Below, piece by piece: positions 28,997-37,677 of a DNA stretch of 64,000 nt. The translations under genes and the position numbers were made by a program. Within the stretch, counting starts at the first letter, position 1. Every line of letters begins with the position of its first letter. Under the pieces are notes generated by a model. The model made no database searches and was not told the origin of the DNA. It was given only the letters and a program-made list of their open reading frames with translations. The DNA lies in NCBI GenBank assembly GCA_001782045.1, contig MFNK01000003.1:269049-333048 (forward strand), given 5' to 3'. The stretch is from Candidatus Levybacteria bacterium RIFCSPHIGHO2_01_FULL_36_15b (GTDB lineage: Bacteria > Patescibacteriota > Microgenomatia > Levybacterales > UBA12049).

Positions 28997-30550
28997 TTAT
29001 CTGAAAATTAAATTCTGGAAATAATTTGGATCTACTTCTAATTTATCCTTGGAAAGATCTATTTTCTCAACAACTATACCACTGTCAAATCTTTTAAAAG
29101 TTGCGGGCTCCGCTTGCGTTCTAATTACGTTTTCCTTCCAGAATAAATGAGCATTATCATCATTCTGACGGGGCGGATACATTATTAAATACGTGTTCTG
29201 TGATTTTCTATTCTCGAGCTGGTTTAACCTATTTTCTTTTGAGAAATACCAAATTAGGTAATCCATATTATAGGTTAAAATACCCGGTGAATATACAAAG
29301 TATCCCGCGTCTTTTCGTTTAGAATCATTAATAACCCACTCGGCAACCTCTTTCTGATTTATGTAAGTTCCATTGCTTACTGATTTATATTCTTGATTTT
29401 GAAGATATACAGTACTGAGATAATTCAAAGGCGCTATGACTGCAATTAAAAGAAAGGCTAAAACTAGGAAACGAAGAAAAGGAATTTTCCAAATGATTTT
29501 TATTGATAAGCTTACGATAAAAGAAAAAATTACAGCAATTGGAAGAAGATAGTGGGACCACAAAGGGAAAGGGTAAATTATGTAAAAACCAAAGATCAAG
29601 ACAGGAGAGAACAAAAGAAAAATAAACTCTTTATCCAACTTTTGAATTCTTGAGCTTCTAATTTTTTTGGTTAAAAAGAATAATGCAGAGAAAATAATAG
29701 AAACCAATAATATTTCTGAAATTATATTTTTTTCATATAAAGGCGAGAAAAAACTATCCCACAAAGCATTTGCCCTATCACCCACCCTAAATATAATATC
29801 TGAATACTGTTCGTAACCGGGAAGTGGTTTATGTGTATTTGTGAATAATTTAAATACAGAAGAAGTCATTAAAAACTGATGCCTTAAGTCGAAAAGAATA
29901 AAAGTAGATACTGCCAATACCGCGCTTAGAAAGCCTAAAAATAAATATTTGATTCTTGGAATTCTTCCTGCAAAAAGAAAAGCTAAAATAGTTACCGGCA
30001 GAAGAAGGACAGAAAATGCAGACTCAAACTGAAAACCCAGTCCTATTGAAAAGAGTGCAAGTATAAAATATTTTTCCTCCCCTCTGATAAATTTAACTAT
30101 TGAAAGAAGATATAAAAGAAACACAATGGGAAGTACTTGAGCGTTAGTAGTAATTTGAGTAGATGCAATAAGCTCACCTGATATGGTAAGAAAAAAAGCA
30201 ACAAGCAGTCCTAGCCAGTTGTTATACAGCTTCCATCCTACAATAAAACCGGCTGCAACAATTCCTAGATTTACCAAAAGGAAAAGCGGAATGAGGGTAA
30301 GGAAAGGATTTCCTCCAGACAAGATAAAGAATGGAACTATAAAATATATCCATAACACCCCATGAAATAAGCCTCCGAAGCCCGTACGTCCTCCTATAAG
30401 AGTTAAATCGTGGTCCACTGCAATTGACTTAGCAATAAGCAAATCCCTTGCCTGGTCTACCAAATAAAAAAAATCTCCGTTCAATAACATATTTGACCTT
30501 AGCAAAAAAGCAATCAAAAGAATTGCTATGAATAAAAGGAGGGTCTTCAT
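28997..30550 (-). CDS. Family B polytopic membrane glycosyltransferase (ArnT/GT83-like with DQARD loop motif)
   Basis: 517 aa. The first extracytoplasmic loop ...FYLVDQARDLLIAKSIAVDHDLTLIGGRTGFGGLFHGVLWIYF aligns with the ArnT DEARYAEIAREML...KPPL region. Confidence 0.7.
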   Translation of the reverse strand: MKTLLLFIAILLIAFLLRSNMLLNGDFFYLVDQARDLLIAKSIAVDHDLTLIGGRTGFGGLFHGVLWIYFIVPFFILSGGNPFLTLIPLFLLVNLGIVAAGFIVGWKLYNNWLGLLVAFFLTISGELIASTQITTNAQVLPIVFLLYLLSIVKFIRGEEKYFILALFSIGLGFQFESAFSVLLLPVTILAFLFAGRIPRIKYLFLGFLSAVLAVSTFILFDLRHQFLMTSSVFKLFTNTHKPLPGYEQYSDIIFRVGDRANALWDSFFSPLYEKNIISEILLVSIIFSALFFLTKKIRSSRIQKLDKEFIFLLFSPVLIFGFYIIYPFPLWSHYLLPIAVIFSFIVSLSIKIIWKIPFLRFLVLAFLLIAVIAPLNYLSTVYLQNQEYKSVSNGTYINQKEVAEWVINDSKRKDAGYFVYSPGILTYNMDYLIWYFSKENRLNQLENRKSQNTYLIMYPPRQNDDNAHLFWKENVIRTQAEPATFKRFDSGIVVEKIDLSKDKLEVDPNYFQNLIFR

Positions 30551-32859
30551 TTGTTAAGATTTATTTTTTCAATTAAGTATTTTTGCAATGAAAAAGTGGA
30601 TTTCAGTTGGTATTTATTGAGCCAGCCTACCAAATCGTCATAAACCGTGGGTTGATTAACGTTAATCCATATTTTTTTGTCTTTTTCAAAATCTTGGCTT
30701 TTAACGCTACCCAAATCAACAAGCAAAAAAACTTCTTTATTTACCGCCGGAAGTCTTTCTTTGGAACAACCATCTTCTTCTATGCAGCTAAAACCTATTT
30801 TTTTGCCGTTGACGTCTGATATTCCCCTAAAACTCATTATTAAACTTAAGCCCATGCTTTGACCATAAAATTTATAAGTATAATCGTATAAAGAAAATTT
30901 TGTGTTAGGAAATTTTTTTGTTAAATTGTTAATAACTTTTTCATATCCAAATCTCGGACTCGGATAATTAATTACAATAAGTATATAAGTCACACTAAAC
31001 AGAATTATTAGAGCCATAGATAAAACAACAAAGGCTTTGGACAGTCTTATGTTTAAATTCCAAATTTTATATAAAACAAAAGAACTAAAAATTAATATAA
31101 AAGGCAATAAGTAAATTAAATATCCCTCACTTCTTTCAGCTCTATAAAATCTGTTTATAAAAACAAATAATAAGAATATAAAACCCAATACTAATAATTG
31201 TGCAGATACTTTCTTTTTGAATGCATAAAAAAGAAAAAAAACGGAACTTGTAAAAAATAGAACCAGTCCTAATACTGGAAGTCGTCCTACAACAAACGAC
31301 CAATATGCAGGAAAGTCCTGAAATAAATAAAGCTTCCAGCTATTTGGAACATAAATTCTCCCTACTCCGATTAAAAAGTAATCTAAAATATTTAATGTGT
31401 TTGCAAAGCCCTGTTGGCTATCCCAATAAATTATTGGCAAAGACGCAATGAAAAATCCTGTCAAGGAAAAGAATAATGCTTTAACCTTGTCTTTAACTGA
31501 TAAACTAGTTATGAAGAAAAGAGCAAGAAAGAATACAAGAAGATTAATTGATTGATAATGCATACTTAAGGCAACTCCAACTGATAACCCCATTAAAAAT
31601 GAGTAGATGTGATTTTTTTTCTTCCAAAGCAGTAAAAAACAAATAATTGAAAGTGCAGAAAAAGTAGCTACAAAAGTATGCTGACCCAGGCTTAAAGATC
31701 TAACTACAAGTTGAGGGGAAAAAGCTGCCAAAATACCCATTATTATTGAAAACTTTTCATCAATCAAAATTTTGCCCAAATACATTAACAAAACTACTGT
31801 AATAATGCTTGTTATTTCCATCATTACCCATGGAGCTCCTATAAAAAAGGGCAAAGCCAGATAAGAAAGCATTATAAACCAGTAAAATATAGGACCAAAA
31901 ACAAATGGACCTGCGCTGCTAAAAGACCCTGTCAGGGGCAGCTCAAGGCGTTTTATTGACTCTAGAGCGATGATTGCATCTCTACTATCGTCTCCGCCAA
32001 GCCCCCATCGCAAAGGAAAGTTCCAGAGCCTTAAAATTGATGCAATTATGATAATTACTGCCGCCAAGAATTTGTAAGTACCAACGTATTTTATGTATGA
32101 GACTGGAAATCGGAGAGCTGAAACAAAACTGAATAAAAATCCTTGCCACCCATCCATAAACCCCTTGTGTCTAAAATATGTCGTAAAAAACCAGTGAGCA
32201 GGTCTGACTAGCAAATACATAAAACCGTAGAAAGTTTTCTGTAAAAAGTTCTTTGTTTTTTGTTCTTCTTTTATTTGGTGGGAATAAAAATTGTTATAGA
32301 AATTCCATTTTTTTAAGTAATGCGAAAAATTTTTATAAGGATAATGAAGTAGCGCTGATTTTAAATACCCTACTTTTCCATCTATTACTGCCTGTTCGTG
32401 AACATCTTTTTGTGGCAGTTTTCCTTTACCATTTCTATATAGACGAATTGTATAATCAGGGTATTGTCCGCCTTTCATTAAAAATCTTCCCAAAAACCAG
32501 TTTTTTCTGGGCATCCAGTAGCCATTGATTTGCTGATGGTTGATTGTTGATGGTTGATGGTTAAGAATGCTCTTTATCTCCTGCGCCAATTCGGGAGACA
32601 CTTGTTCATCCGCATCCATTTGTAACACCCAATCCGACGTTGCAATATCAATTGCCATTTGTTTATTTATATGGAAGTTTTCTTTATTAGTGGTTATTTT
32701 TACTTTAGCCCCGTATTTTTTTGCTATTTCCACCGTTTTATCCGTTGAGGCTCCATCAACTATTATTATTTCATCGGCAATATCTTTAAAACTTTCTATG
32801 CACGAAGCAAGATTTTTTTCTTCGTTAAAAGTTGCTAAAACTACAGATAGAGTTTTCAT
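30547..32859 (-). CDS. Fusion protein: N-terminal GT2 (WaaE/KdtX-like) domain + C-terminal family B GT-C-like membrane domain (770 aa)
   Basis: N-terminus LSVVLATFNEEKNLASCIESFKDIADEIIIVDGASTDKTVEIAKKYGAKV...QMDADEQVS. After ~aa 250, 11+ TM helices with ...GGDDSRDAIIALESIKRLELPLTGSFSSAGPFVFGPIFYW (the family B loop motif). Confidence 0.75.
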   Translation of the reverse strand: MKTLSVVLATFNEEKNLASCIESFKDIADEIIIVDGASTDKTVEIAKKYGAKVKITTNKENFHINKQMAIDIATSDWVLQMDADEQVSPELAQEIKSILNHQPSTINHQQINGYWMPRKNWFLGRFLMKGGQYPDYTIRLYRNGKGKLPQKDVHEQAVIDGKVGYLKSALLHYPYKNFSHYLKKWNFYNNFYSHQIKEEQKTKNFLQKTFYGFMYLLVRPAHWFFTTYFRHKGFMDGWQGFLFSFVSALRFPVSYIKYVGTYKFLAAVIIIIASILRLWNFPLRWGLGGDDSRDAIIALESIKRLELPLTGSFSSAGPFVFGPIFYWFIMLSYLALPFFIGAPWVMMEITSIITVVLLMYLGKILIDEKFSIIMGILAAFSPQLVVRSLSLGQHTFVATFSALSIICFLLLWKKKNHIYSFLMGLSVGVALSMHYQSINLLVFFLALFFITSLSVKDKVKALFFSLTGFFIASLPIIYWDSQQGFANTLNILDYFLIGVGRIYVPNSWKLYLFQDFPAYWSFVVGRLPVLGLVLFFTSSVFFLFYAFKKKVSAQLLVLGFIFLLFVFINRFYRAERSEGYLIYLLPFILIFSSFVLYKIWNLNIRLSKAFVVLSMALIILFSVTYILIVINYPSPRFGYEKVINNLTKKFPNTKFSLYDYTYKFYGQSMGLSLIMSFRGISDVNGKKIGFSCIEEDGCSKERLPAVNKEVFLLVDLGSVKSQDFEKDKKIWINVNQPTVYDDLVGWLNKYQLKSTFSLQKYLIEKINLNK
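32534..32561. repeat. Heptanucleotide tandem repeat (TGATGGT)x4, one imperfect unit, inside the coding sequence of 30547-32859
   Basis: tgatggt tgattgt tgatggt tgatggt (28 bp). It encodes ...STINHQQINGYW... on the minus strand. Confidence 0.7.
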
Positions 32860-34508
32860 TATTTATCCTTGCTGTAGGTAGTATAACATGTGAACCTTGG
32901 ATTGACCTTTATGATACTTTTAATTGAATCTATTTCTTTTTTACCCAAGCCTTGGGTGTCTTTGAAGGTACTTAAATCCTGGTTTAAAATACGCTTTTGT
33001 ACAATAAGATCAGTATATTTCTTCTCTTCAATGAGGCTTGATGTATTATCTTCCATGTATATAAATACCGGTTTTATGAAATCTGAAATGCCAGCATTCG
33101 GCTCTAAAATAATAAATCTCAATGGCACGTGATTTTTATCATACGGAAGATTATTAGAGTCTACTACCTGTTCTTGACCTGCCCAATACGGAACATAACC
33201 ATATGTGTTTTTGCCATATGTACTATATAAATATGACCAGAGCACGTTAATATATAACGGATTTGTCAAAGCGCATATACTAAATGGCTTACCTTCAGCA
33301 GAGATGTATGTGTAATCAATTAAATTCTTCTCATCTTTTAATGTAAAATTTTGAATACTTAAAAGCTTTATTGCTTTAAAATTATCTGAAACAAACAAGT
33401 ACATATTAGAAACAAAAACAATAAGAATCCCCAGTATTAGGATGATATTTTTGGCAGATTTGATATTTACAAGTACATAGGCGGCAAGTATTGATAGTGG
33501 AGCAAAAAAAGTTGTATTTATTAATTGAGTCTCATGAACCCCGCTGAATGTCAAAAATAGTGGAGCTGTTGCGAACAGCCAAATGAAAAAAAAGATTTTA
33601 GTTTTAGACACCTTAATTTTAATCCAGGAAAATATTGAAAAAGATATAAACAATGCAAATGCAATTGTTGTGTCAAAGGCAAGAAGTGAATAGCGGATAG
33701 CCTGTGATATTTTAACTATATACCTATTTATTCCTCCAATTAAATCAAAGGTTTGCTTGTGGGATAGCACATAATTAAGCAACGATTTTGTCATCATAAA
33801 ATTCCATTTTAATTCTGCAATTAAATACGGCGAAAAGAGGGCAAACAGTAAGACAAAATTTAACAATAATATCCTTAAGCCTATCTTTGGTTTAAAAATC
33901 AAAAAATAAACGATGTAGAAAATTAGCTGATAAAATAGGTAAAAATTTGTCTGGACACTTAATGCAAAACCGATTACCGAGATTGTTAAGCCAATGTTTT
34001 TCTTTTGGAAAATAAATATTGCAAGCCCGATAAAAAACAATAACGATGCTATTCCCATAGGGGATGCATTAGATATAAATTTTGAGAAATTTATCTGCTC
34101 ATAAGAAACTGCCCAGAAAAAAGCAGCAAGCAATCCCACTCTCTTATCATTAAATAAAATGATGCTCGTAAAATATATTAAAAATATTGCGCTGATATTG
34201 ATAAGTGACAAAAATATTGCAGGAAAATTTGGATTAAATCCGCCTATTAAATAAACTATTGCTAGAACGTAGTAAGATAAAACTCCATGAAACACACCCG
34301 GTATATCAGATTCCTGTCCTAATAACTTAAAATTCTTAAGGTTAACAATGTCTAACATTCTTTGTGCATCTCTCGCTTGATCGTAACCAAAAGTAAAATT
34401 ATCCCAGATATTAAATAGCCTTAAGCACGCTCCAAAGGAAAATATTAACAAGAGGATAAATAGCGGATTTTGAAACAATTTCTTTATAAATTTTAAATTA
34501 ATTTTCAT
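32859..34508 (-). CDS. Family B polytopic membrane glycosyltransferase (ArnT-like, DQARD motif)
   Basis: ...FGYDQARDAQRMLDIVNLKNFKLLGQESDIPGVFHGVLSYY.... 549 aa, ~13 TM. Confidence 0.7.
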   Translation of the reverse strand: MKINLKFIKKLFQNPLFILLLIFSFGACLRLFNIWDNFTFGYDQARDAQRMLDIVNLKNFKLLGQESDIPGVFHGVLSYYVLAIVYLIGGFNPNFPAIFLSLINISAIFLIYFTSIILFNDKRVGLLAAFFWAVSYEQINFSKFISNASPMGIASLLFFIGLAIFIFQKKNIGLTISVIGFALSVQTNFYLFYQLIFYIVYFLIFKPKIGLRILLLNFVLLFALFSPYLIAELKWNFMMTKSLLNYVLSHKQTFDLIGGINRYIVKISQAIRYSLLAFDTTIAFALFISFSIFSWIKIKVSKTKIFFFIWLFATAPLFLTFSGVHETQLINTTFFAPLSILAAYVLVNIKSAKNIILILGILIVFVSNMYLFVSDNFKAIKLLSIQNFTLKDEKNLIDYTYISAEGKPFSICALTNPLYINVLWSYLYSTYGKNTYGYVPYWAGQEQVVDSNNLPYDKNHVPLRFIILEPNAGISDFIKPVFIYMEDNTSSLIEEKKYTDLIVQKRILNQDLSTFKDTQGLGKKEIDSIKSIIKVNPRFTCYTTYSKDK

Positions 34509-34510
34509 TT

Positions 34511-36151
34511 CTATTTTATTTTCCTAACTTTTGAATATATAAAAAGTGAAAAGATAGAAATCAAAGATAATAGAGATATTATATTCGATATCATTCTTAA
34601 TTTTGTTTCCTCAAATCTTGCAACGGTTTCATAGCTACCCTTATTTAGAAAGAAAGTCATAATTCCTTGATAATCTTTATTTTGGAAATAAACTTCAACA
34701 GGTAAATTATTTGCTGTTATTTTCCAGCCGGGAAAGTACAGCGTATTTTCCCTAAAAAGTGTTTTTGCATCTACTTTAATTTGATATTTGTGATATGTAG
34801 AACTTCTTTCAATCTCCTCAATTTCGGCATACCCATCTATAATTTCTAAATGGGCACTGGGCCGATGCTCCATAAATCTTACCGACCAAATTGGAGCACT
34901 TTCTCCTGTGTCCGTTGTGCTTTCATAAATCCCGGTATAAAAACTTTCGCTTTTTTCCTGATAAGCTTTTGGCTTAGCATAGTTAATGCTAATTAATAAA
35001 ATAATAATGATGGCGGAGATAGAAACCAGTTTGACGTTAATTTTTTTATTTAGTGAGTCTAGAAGTAATGCTCCTAATACAGATGTAGTAAAAAGCACCA
35101 TAGCTAAAAATCTCCAAGGGAATTGAAAATTCTGAAGAATAATTATTTTCGACCAAATAAAATTAGAAACCGGAAGCATAATAAAAATTGAAAATATACT
35201 AAAAGCAATTAAAATAAGTGCGAGATAAAATTTGTACTTATCTTTTTTACCAAAAATTAGTACTAAAGGAGAAAGAAGTAATGAAATCCAGGATAAAGGC
35301 CCAAATTGTAAAGTAAATTGTCCTGTAATTCCATAACTCCACGGTCCATAAATTAATTGTTCAAAATTAACAAACCTATTTATATATGTACCTGCGGTTA
35401 CAATGTCTCTTAATGTATATTTACCCTCTAAAAGTGCCGGTATCCAAAAAAATGCTGATAGCGCAAGACCAAGAATTATTAAAAAGACAAGATTAATAAT
35501 TAATGTTTTTTTGTATTTAGATAGGTAGATTAATAATAAGGAGTAAAGCAATATAAAAGGCATCAGTATAAGGCTTATGGCGTTATGAGACAGGATTAAA
35601 AAGGATAAAGAAAAGCTTCCAAGGATAAAATATTTTAAATCCTGATTTTTATACAACCTGTATATAAAAAAGAGAGTTAATGGAATAAATGGAAATGCAA
35701 GATTTTCTCCTACATCACCTCTTACATAAAGATCAACAAACCTATATGGTGCATACGTAAATAAAACTGCTCCAAACAAAGCGGCGTATTTAGAAGTAAA
35801 TTCTCTAAGCCATAAATACATAAAAGGCAAAGACAAAAACATTCCTAGGCCCATAACGATTTTTGTAGAATTTACAAATGAAAATCCTAGAAAATGGAAA
35901 AGAGAGGCAATATAAGAAGGCAAGGGATATAAAAACATTAAAATTGGATGCCCATATCCCCAATTTAAATTAGAAGCCCATCGTGGAATTAAGCTTCCTT
36001 GTTCAAGGTTTAAATAGAAATTGGCAATTCGTGCAACATGATCCTGTCCATCGTGGGTTATGGGAAAACCCGAAGGAAGTAGGGCAAGGATTGGAAACAA
36101 AGAAAGGAATATTAAAAGTATTTTGAAATGGTGTTTTACTAAGAAATTCAT
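34511..36151 (-). CDS. Family C polytopic membrane protein (HDG...RW...GYGHP motif), putative GT-C-like glycosyltransferase
   Basis: ...GFPITHDGQDHVARIANFYLNLEQGSLIPRWASNLNWGYGHPILMFLYPLPSY...YAPYRFVDLYVRGDVGE.... Paralog of 53762-55429 and 55417-57054. Confidence 0.7.
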   Translation of the reverse strand: MNFLVKHHFKILLIFLSLFPILALLPSGFPITHDGQDHVARIANFYLNLEQGSLIPRWASNLNWGYGHPILMFLYPLPSYIASLFHFLGFSFVNSTKIVMGLGMFLSLPFMYLWLREFTSKYAALFGAVLFTYAPYRFVDLYVRGDVGENLAFPFIPLTLFFIYRLYKNQDLKYFILGSFSLSFLILSHNAISLILMPFILLYSLLLIYLSKYKKTLIINLVFLIILGLALSAFFWIPALLEGKYTLRDIVTAGTYINRFVNFEQLIYGPWSYGITGQFTLQFGPLSWISLLLSPLVLIFGKKDKYKFYLALILIAFSIFSIFIMLPVSNFIWSKIIILQNFQFPWRFLAMVLFTTSVLGALLLDSLNKKINVKLVSISAIIIILLISINYAKPKAYQEKSESFYTGIYESTTDTGESAPIWSVRFMEHRPSAHLEIIDGYAEIEEIERSSTYHKYQIKVDAKTLFRENTLYFPGWKITANNLPVEVYFQNKDYQGIMTFFLNKGSYETVARFEETKLRMISNIISLLSLISIFSLFIYSKVRKIK

Positions 36152-37677
36152 TGTTCAATTCTTGTTTGTATAACTACTCCACTAGGCAATGTGTAAGACT
36201 TGATTATTTTCCCATTTTTTTCTCTATCCCTAAGCCACCATTTTGGCCTATCCTCGTAACCCGGATCTGGCTCTATTATAAAAAAAGAATATGTAGCATC
36301 CTTAGTTTCTTCAGTTGGAAGATATTTATATTTTTTTTCTCCATACCACATAAATAAATATCTATACGTGTAATCAAAAACTGGGGGAGTATATGCTACA
36401 AATTTAAAATCCTTGCCGTTTGCTTCTTTATAGACGTAATCAACCACTGCAAGCTGATTCCTATACACAGATGCATTACCTATAAATTGTGGGCTCATGA
36501 ATGACTTTAGTTGTCGTATTGGATCGAAATTAATAATAAATAATAACGACACGGCTAAAATGATTAAATATTGATATTTTTCTTGCTTTGGAATCATAAA
36601 AAGCGCTAGCGTAAATAATAAAATATAAATAACCGGAAGTCCTACGAGATAATGTGGCCACAAAGCTCTGCCAAACGAAATTGTTCCAATAAAGAAAACA
36701 ATAAGAATAGTAAAGAGTGTGATCATAAATTTTTTAAAAATTTCACTTGATCTTTTATAAAATAAAATTGCAGATATAACTGTGAAAACAATGAATACCC
36801 AAGCAAGTATTTGGTTATTAAAGGTAAGTGAGGAAGCATACATATCAACAAAGGAATTAACCCTATTTTCTACAAGTTGAGTAAAGGTAATTGGGTCTTC
36901 TATCGTATTCTTGCTTGTAATAAATGTTATTAAAGATTTGCTCATCTGAAAACCGTGTTTTATTTCAAAAAAAATTCTTGGAGAAGCAATTAAAATCATT
37001 CCTAATGCAAATGAAAATATTTGTTTGATTTTGATTTTTTTATAAAGAAGGAAAAAGAGTGACAGTATGGTACCAATTGTAAATAGAATACCCCAAAGGA
37101 TTTCTATATCTATATTTAATGCAAGCAAGATCCCAAGAAAAAAGAAATATCTTAAATCTTTTTTTTCAAATTTATAGATTTTATATAAGCAATAAAGCGT
37201 TAACATAACAAATAAAGGCGCTATGTTAGGATTCCAAATCTGAACAGATAATGAAACTAAAACAGGAGAAACGCTAACGAATGCGGCAAGCCCCAAGCCT
37301 AAAAAAATTCCATCTATTTTTTTTCCTAAAATGTAAGAGACAATAATGGATGCAACGCCTACTATAGCCATTATTAAAGCAATTCCAGCGGGATCGCCTC
37401 TAAAAATAATGAAAAATGGAACGAGCATGTAGTACCACCAAGGACCATAAAATACTCCTGGAATTCCGGTCGTTGCGCCTATAAACATTAGATCATGGTT
37501 TACTACAATATTCTGCAATGCGAGCATGTCGCGCCCTACGTCATATGTAAACGCAAAAGAATTAGTTAGTACTCCTTGAAGCCTTAAAAAAGAACCAACA
37601 ATAACTAAAAGAAATAAAATTACCAGTTCTTTTTTAAAAATAATTTTTTTAAAGTCCATAAGCTTAGGTACCTGCAA
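36148..37677 (-). CDS. Family B polytopic membrane glycosyltransferase (ArnT-like; DVGRD variant)
   Basis: ...FAFTYDVGRDMLALQNIVVNHDLMFIGATTGIPGVFYGPWWYY.... 509 aa. Confidence 0.7.
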   Translation of the reverse strand: MQVPKLMDFKKIIFKKELVILFLLVIVGSFLRLQGVLTNSFAFTYDVGRDMLALQNIVVNHDLMFIGATTGIPGVFYGPWWYYMLVPFFIIFRGDPAGIALIMAIVGVASIIVSYILGKKIDGIFLGLGLAAFVSVSPVLVSLSVQIWNPNIAPLFVMLTLYCLYKIYKFEKKDLRYFFFLGILLALNIDIEILWGILFTIGTILSLFFLLYKKIKIKQIFSFALGMILIASPRIFFEIKHGFQMSKSLITFITSKNTIEDPITFTQLVENRVNSFVDMYASSLTFNNQILAWVFIVFTVISAILFYKRSSEIFKKFMITLFTILIVFFIGTISFGRALWPHYLVGLPVIYILLFTLALFMIPKQEKYQYLIILAVSLLFIINFDPIRQLKSFMSPQFIGNASVYRNQLAVVDYVYKEANGKDFKFVAYTPPVFDYTYRYLFMWYGEKKYKYLPTEETKDATYSFFIIEPDPGYEDRPKWWLRDREKNGKIIKSYTLPSGVVIQTRIEQ

